From NCBI GenBank assembly GCA_046290225.1, contig JBKAGE010000007.1:1-64000 (forward strand): 64,000 bases of DNA, read 5' to 3'. Source of the stretch: Bradymonadia bacterium. GTDB lineage: Bacteria; Myxococcota_A; Bradymonadia; UBA7976; UBA1532. The position numbers were made by a program, and so were the translations under genes. Positions 59,924 through 64,000 of the stretch are shown one piece after another. The notes under the pieces were generated by a model. That model was not told the origin of the DNA. It made no database searches and saw nothing but the letters and a program-made list of their open reading frames with translations. Every line of letters begins with the position of its first letter. Positions within the stretch are counted from its first letter, which is position 1.

Positions 59924-60634
59924 ATGGCCCGCACTGATCCTGACCTGTCGCCACGGACGATGGCGCCCTTCTTCACCATCACTGCTCTGTTTCATCTGTT
60001 CGCCGTAGCCAGCAGGTTCCCAGAGCTCGCAGCCATGTTGCCCGAAGGGTTCGATGTGGCGATTTTGGTGGCCCACCTGCCCTTGATTTTGGTGGAGGGC
60101 TACTTCGAGGGGCGGCTGAACTACGGCTCGAGCATGGCCCAGATGCCCCTCTGGATGCGCCTCGACTCCCGACCAGTGAAGTTCACCTTCACCTTCGCCT
60201 TCGTCTACCTGACCGTGGTAACCTTCCAAACCTGGGACATCAACCTGGGCCCGGTGGACTTCTCTCCGCCAGACGAGTGGCCCCTGGCCCAGCGGGCGGG
60301 CTGGTTCGCCATGTTCACCGTGGGCATGGCCTTCCCCAACTTCCTCGCCGCCACCACCGTGTTGATCCCAGGCCTCCGGCTCGTCACCCAACCTCTCCGG
60401 GCTCTGCCCGCCGCCGTCTCGGTGTTGTTGTTGGTGGTGCTGGGCGGCGCCATCGCCTGGTTCGGCCTGGAGCGGATCCCCTTCCCCGAGATCAGCAACC
60501 TCATCGCCTCTTGGAAGGCCTGGATCGAGGCTGAGCCCACTCGGGCGATCATCGCCACCTTCGCCGCCGTGGGTGCTCCCATCCTCCTCGGCGTACTGGC
60601 CAGCCTCTTCCGCAAGAAGACCTCAAATGCCTGA
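59924..60634 (+). CDS. Hypothetical polytopic membrane protein
   Basis: 236 aa, about 6 hydrophobic segments. Confidence 0.72.
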   Translation: MARTDPDLSPRTMAPFFTITALFHLFAVASRFPELAAMLPEGFDVAILVAHLPLILVEGYFEGRLNYGSSMAQMPLWMRLDSRPVKFTFTFAFVYLTVVTFQTWDINLGPVDFSPPDEWPLAQRAGWFAMFTVGMAFPNFLAATTVLIPGLRLVTQPLRALPAAVSVLLLVVLGGAIAWFGLERIPFPEISNLIASWKAWIEAEPTRAIIATFAAVGAPILLGVLASLFRKKTSNA

Positions 60635-60704
60635 AGGTGCATTTGTGGCGCCCTCAGGGGTCTAGATACAACGAGTGCTCGTGTGTCCTCGTGTGGAGCA
60701 GCTG

Positions 60705-63599
60705 ATGAACTCGATCGACCGCCCTCTCTGCACCTTGCTCCTCGGCGGTATGTTGCTGACGGCGTGTGGTGATCCCAACAACCCATCTCAGAGTCAGCGC
60801 AGCCCTGATCCCAGCCCTGACGCTGGTGCCGTCGCGACGCCCGTCCCCAACGGGCCATGGCGTGTCTACTTGGCTTCAGAGAGAAGCGATGATCCCTACC
60901 GGCTCACCGCCGAAGAGACAGTCGGGCTGCTCGAGCAGATGGGGGGCGCGGCCGCGCTGACCGAAGCACCGGCGGACGGCGTGATCCGGTGTGTCGATGG
61001 CGAGCTGAGGGTGACCCTCGGCACCGCGCTGCCCGAGTCATCGAGCGATCAAGCTTGGCGCATCGAGGAAACGTTCTGTGGTGATGGGCGCCTGGTCTCC
61101 ATCTCTGGTGGCGGTCTGCTCGGCCATCAATATGGTGCGTACGCCTGGCTGCACACCTTGGGGGTGCGCTTCTTCCACCCCGAGCAGACCTTCGTACCCG
61201 AGGTGCCCCTCTGGGGCGAAGTGCCTCTGGAGATCGAGCACACACCAGCGTTCCAGTACCGCAGCGTCAGCCTGCACCTCACCCATCCTCTCGAGCTCGG
61301 CGATCCCATCAATGCTGATCGCGTCGAGTATCTCGACGAGGTCAAACGCTACATCGACTGGGGGGTGCGCAACTTCGCCAGCGACGGCCTCAGGGGCAAG
61401 GCCGGCACCGAGCTCGAAGGTTATGGCCTGATGCGCGGGTTCCCGAAGGCCACGGGCTTCAACCTGCACGAAGCCCAACAAGGGGGTAAGGCGTGCATCG
61501 ATCCGGCAGACGACCGATCCATGGAGGCACAGCTCACCGACTGCATCGAGTCCCGGATGACCCTGCACCCCGACGCCAAAGTGTTCAACATCACGTTCAA
61601 CGAGAGCGAGTTCCCTCGCACTGACGGTGATGCAGATCTCAAGGCCGTGGCAGAGCTGACCTTTGTCGCCGAGTACATGGCGGAGAACTACCCCCACATC
61701 GACCTCTACACCATCTATCACGGCACCAGGACCCCCCTCACCGAGAACCACATGCTGCCGTTCTTCGAGCTGCCCCGGCTCGCGCCGAAGAACCTCGGGG
61801 TGAAGGTACACACCCTCATGTTCTACGACCTGCAGCGCCCGGCGCCGGTCTATGGGAACGACGACTTCTCCCACATGCTCGACTTCATGGAGGAAGAAGC
61901 AGCCACCCGGCGCCTGTGGCACTTCCCCGAGGCGGCGTGGTGGCTCACCTTCGACATCGCCGTGCCGTTGTACCTGCCTGTCACCGTAGAGGCCCGCTCG
62001 CTCGACCTCGATCTCATCGAGCCATTGCGCAGCGAAGATCCGGAGGGCAATGGCGTTGTGGGACACCGCGTCTTCGGCACGGGCCACGAGTGGGGCTACT
62101 GGCAGAACGAATACTGCAGCTATCGCATGTCTGCTGATCCCGCCTACCGCTGGCAGGACTGCTTCGCCGACATCACCGGCATCTTCGGCGAGGCCGGCAC
62201 CGAGGCTCAGGCGGTGCTCGAAGAGATGGTCGCAGCACAAATCAGAGACTTCATCTACGACGCCGACCTGCTGGCCTATCTCGTGGGCACCGACCCGGAG
62301 ACCGAAGCGGCCTACGCCGCAGGCATCGTCTTTCACCCGCTGCCGCCGGCTCCGGGTGAGATCCTGCGCTGGAGCGAGGCAGAGATCGATCAGTGGCTCG
62401 GCGCCGGCGAGATGCCGGGCATCGCCGATCGTCTGGGCCGCATCGCCGAGGAGCAGAGCGCCTGGGTGGCGCGCCTGAGGGCCGTGGCTGATCAGGTGCC
62501 CGAATCAGCTCGCCCCTGGTTCGACGAGATCATCGACGGGGTGGAGATCAACGGCTTGCGGGCCCAGCACCAGCACGACGCCTACGGCGCCCTGGTGCTC
62601 ACTCGCCTCGGTCGCCTCACCGGTGATGCAGCCCTCGAGGCAGAGGGCGCGGCCTTGCTGGAGAGCGCCCGTACGGTGACTGAGCAAGCCCTGGCCGTGA
62701 TCCGTCGTCGAGCGGAGAGCTACCGCTATGCCCCCGTGGAGCGGGCCATCGGCGGTGGCCCCACCCTCGACGCCGACGACAACTGGACGGTGTACGACTA
62801 TCGCTACCTCGCCCGCACGCACCACGGCTACTACTACACGCGCATCGACGATCTGGTGACCGAGGCCCTCGAGGCCCCCACCGACGGCCCTCTGGAGATC
62901 GTCAACGCCCTGCTCGACGTCGACGAGCCGCTGCAGCTCCGCCGCACTGACGCCGAGCAGGTCGACGTGCCCCTGGCTCTGGGAGACGGCACGGTGCAAA
63001 CCGGCGAGGTCGAGATCGAGCACACCTACGCCGCTCCCGGGCTCTACACCTTGACCCTCGGCGATGCAGAAACGCCCGACGCCACCGTCCGCGTCGCCCA
63101 AACCACCGGCGCCCGCCGCACGCCCCATGACGGAGGCTTCGACGCCGAAGTCCTGTCACCGGCAGGGGTGAACACCTTCATCCGCAATGTGCTGCCTGGG
63201 GTGGTGTTGGGCACCGTGGACGATCAGACGGTGGCGCTGGGCTTTACGCTGATCCCCGAAGGTCACGTGCAGCCAGAGTGGCTGTTCCCGGTTTCCCCAG
63301 GAGACGCCGCCCTCGTCAGAGCGGATCAGGTCCTCGTGCCGGTGGTCTCTCGTGGAGAAGCCCTCGCAGGGCTGGCCCTCTTCGGCTTCACCCTCTCAGA
63401 GACCGACGACGGGCTGCTGCTCGTCGGAGAGCTCGACAAAGATCAAGTGGTGGCAGCTGTAGGCGTCGTGAGCAATGGGGCGCTGTCGGAAGAAGACGTG
63501 CAGCGCCTGCTGCCGCCGCTGGTGGGGTACCCCGACTTCGAGGCCGTGCCTCAGCGCCTGCCCGTGGAGATCGTGTGGCCGGCGCTGGAGCCTCGCTGA
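60705..63599 (+). CDS. Large hypothetical lipoprotein (GH20/GH67-like N-terminal accessory module, putative TIM barrel, PKD-like)
   Basis: Lipobox LTAC; I.GG...G..YG.Y..L..LGVRFFHP....P.F.YR pattern; GDGT....EHTYAAPG.YT PKD-like motif. Confidence 0.72.
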   Translation: MNSIDRPLCTLLLGGMLLTACGDPNNPSQSQRSPDPSPDAGAVATPVPNGPWRVYLASERSDDPYRLTAEETVGLLEQMGGAAALTEAPADGVIRCVDGELRVTLGTALPESSSDQAWRIEETFCGDGRLVSISGGGLLGHQYGAYAWLHTLGVRFFHPEQTFVPEVPLWGEVPLEIEHTPAFQYRSVSLHLTHPLELGDPINADRVEYLDEVKRYIDWGVRNFASDGLRGKAGTELEGYGLMRGFPKATGFNLHEAQQGGKACIDPADDRSMEAQLTDCIESRMTLHPDAKVFNITFNESEFPRTDGDADLKAVAELTFVAEYMAENYPHIDLYTIYHGTRTPLTENHMLPFFELPRLAPKNLGVKVHTLMFYDLQRPAPVYGNDDFSHMLDFMEEEAATRRLWHFPEAAWWLTFDIAVPLYLPVTVEARSLDLDLIEPLRSEDPEGNGVVGHRVFGTGHEWGYWQNEYCSYRMSADPAYRWQDCFADITGIFGEAGTEAQAVLEEMVAAQIRDFIYDADLLAYLVGTDPETEAAYAAGIVFHPLPPAPGEILRWSEAEIDQWLGAGEMPGIADRLGRIAEEQSAWVARLRAVADQVPESARPWFDEIIDGVEINGLRAQHQHDAYGALVLTRLGRLTGDAALEAEGAALLESARTVTEQALAVIRRRAESYRYAPVERAIGGGPTLDADDNWTVYDYRYLARTHHGYYYTRIDDLVTEALEAPTDGPLEIVNALLDVDEPLQLRRTDAEQVDVPLALGDGTVQTGEVEIEHTYAAPGLYTLTLGDAETPDATVRVAQTTGARRTPHDGGFDAEVLSPAGVNTFIRNVLPGVVLGTVDDQTVALGFTLIPEGHVQPEWLFPVSPGDAALVRADQVLVPVVSRGEALAGLALFGFTLSETDDGLLLVGELDKDQVVAAVGVVSNGALSEEDVQRLLPPLVGYPDFEAVPQRLPVEIVWPALEPR

Positions 63600-63606
63600 G
63601 GCGCCC

Positions 63607-64000
63607 TCAGGGCTTGATGACGGTGTTCTTTTTGCTGAAGTCGGCGCTCCCTGAGATGGCAGGCTTTCCCTTGAGGGTGCCGTTCTTCACGCTCACGTTG
63701 GCAGCTCCGGAAGCCACGATGGAGCGTTTTCCCTTGATGGTGCAGTTGTGCAGCTTGACGTCGGCCTGACCCTTGACCACCACAGCGTCACCTTCGCTGG
63801 AGAGCACGCAATTCCTCAGGGTGAGATCACACTGACCCTTGGCGATGACCGCAGGGCCCTTCGCGCTGATGACCGCGTTCTGAATGACCTTCTCGTCGTC
63901 GCCACCACACACGATGGCCTTCGTCGACATCTTGCCTCCAGCACGCCGACCCTTGGCACCGATGGCCCGCTCGCCCTGGCCAGCCTTCACCTGGGTACCA
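63607..64000 (-). CDS. C-terminal part of a beta-helix-like protein (truncated by the window edge)
   Basis: Repeating AV.AKG..D.TL.NC.L / VKL.NC.IKG / VSV.NG.LKG units; the frame runs off the window. Confidence 0.6.
   Translation of the reverse strand, partial: GTQVKAGQGERAIGAKGRRAGGKMSTKAIVCGGDDEKVIQNAVISAKGPAVIAKGQCDLTLRNCVLSSEGDAVVVKGQADVKLHNCTIKGKRSIVASGAANVSVKNGTLKGKPAISGSADFSKKNTVIKP

Overview
This is a 64 kb, GC-rich (roughly mid-60s %, estimated by eye), gene-dense bacterial chromosomal segment. The gene content points to a Myxococcota/Bradymonadia-like deltaproteobacterium (inference): many acidic Gly/Asp-Ala-linker lipoproteins, Hanks-type Ser/Thr kinases, a DUF1552/DUF1592 pair and a sigma54 activator. 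I found about 48 CDS and no rRNA, tRNA, CRISPR array or intact transposase. Highlights: (1) Dispersed RNA-repair/stress genes. These are a trifunctional polynucleotide kinase-metallophosphoesterase-Rnl1-type RNA ligase with no Hen1, apparently co-transcribed with TerC and a PAS two-component pair; an NrtR-PncA-KptA(Tpt1) NAD-linked operon with a candidate NrtR box; and a Ter-type PRTase/HAD/StiP cluster preceded by an eRF1-like protein that lacks its catalytic middle domain. (2) Several unannotated structured intergenic elements. One is a mirror-symmetric 5+5 array of CTGTAGCGGACG repeats with hairpin spacers. Another is a core motif, GCAGGCG-[covarying hairpin]-CGTCGAG, found four times inside otherwise unrelated inverted-repeat elements, one of which is a 276-bp MITE with a TAA target duplication. 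(3) A split DUF4331/Cys-repeat/cytochrome/TPR lipoprotein locus, and a tandem kinase/possible-pseudokinase pair carrying FGE-type domains. All family assignments come from motif recognition by eye, not from database searches.
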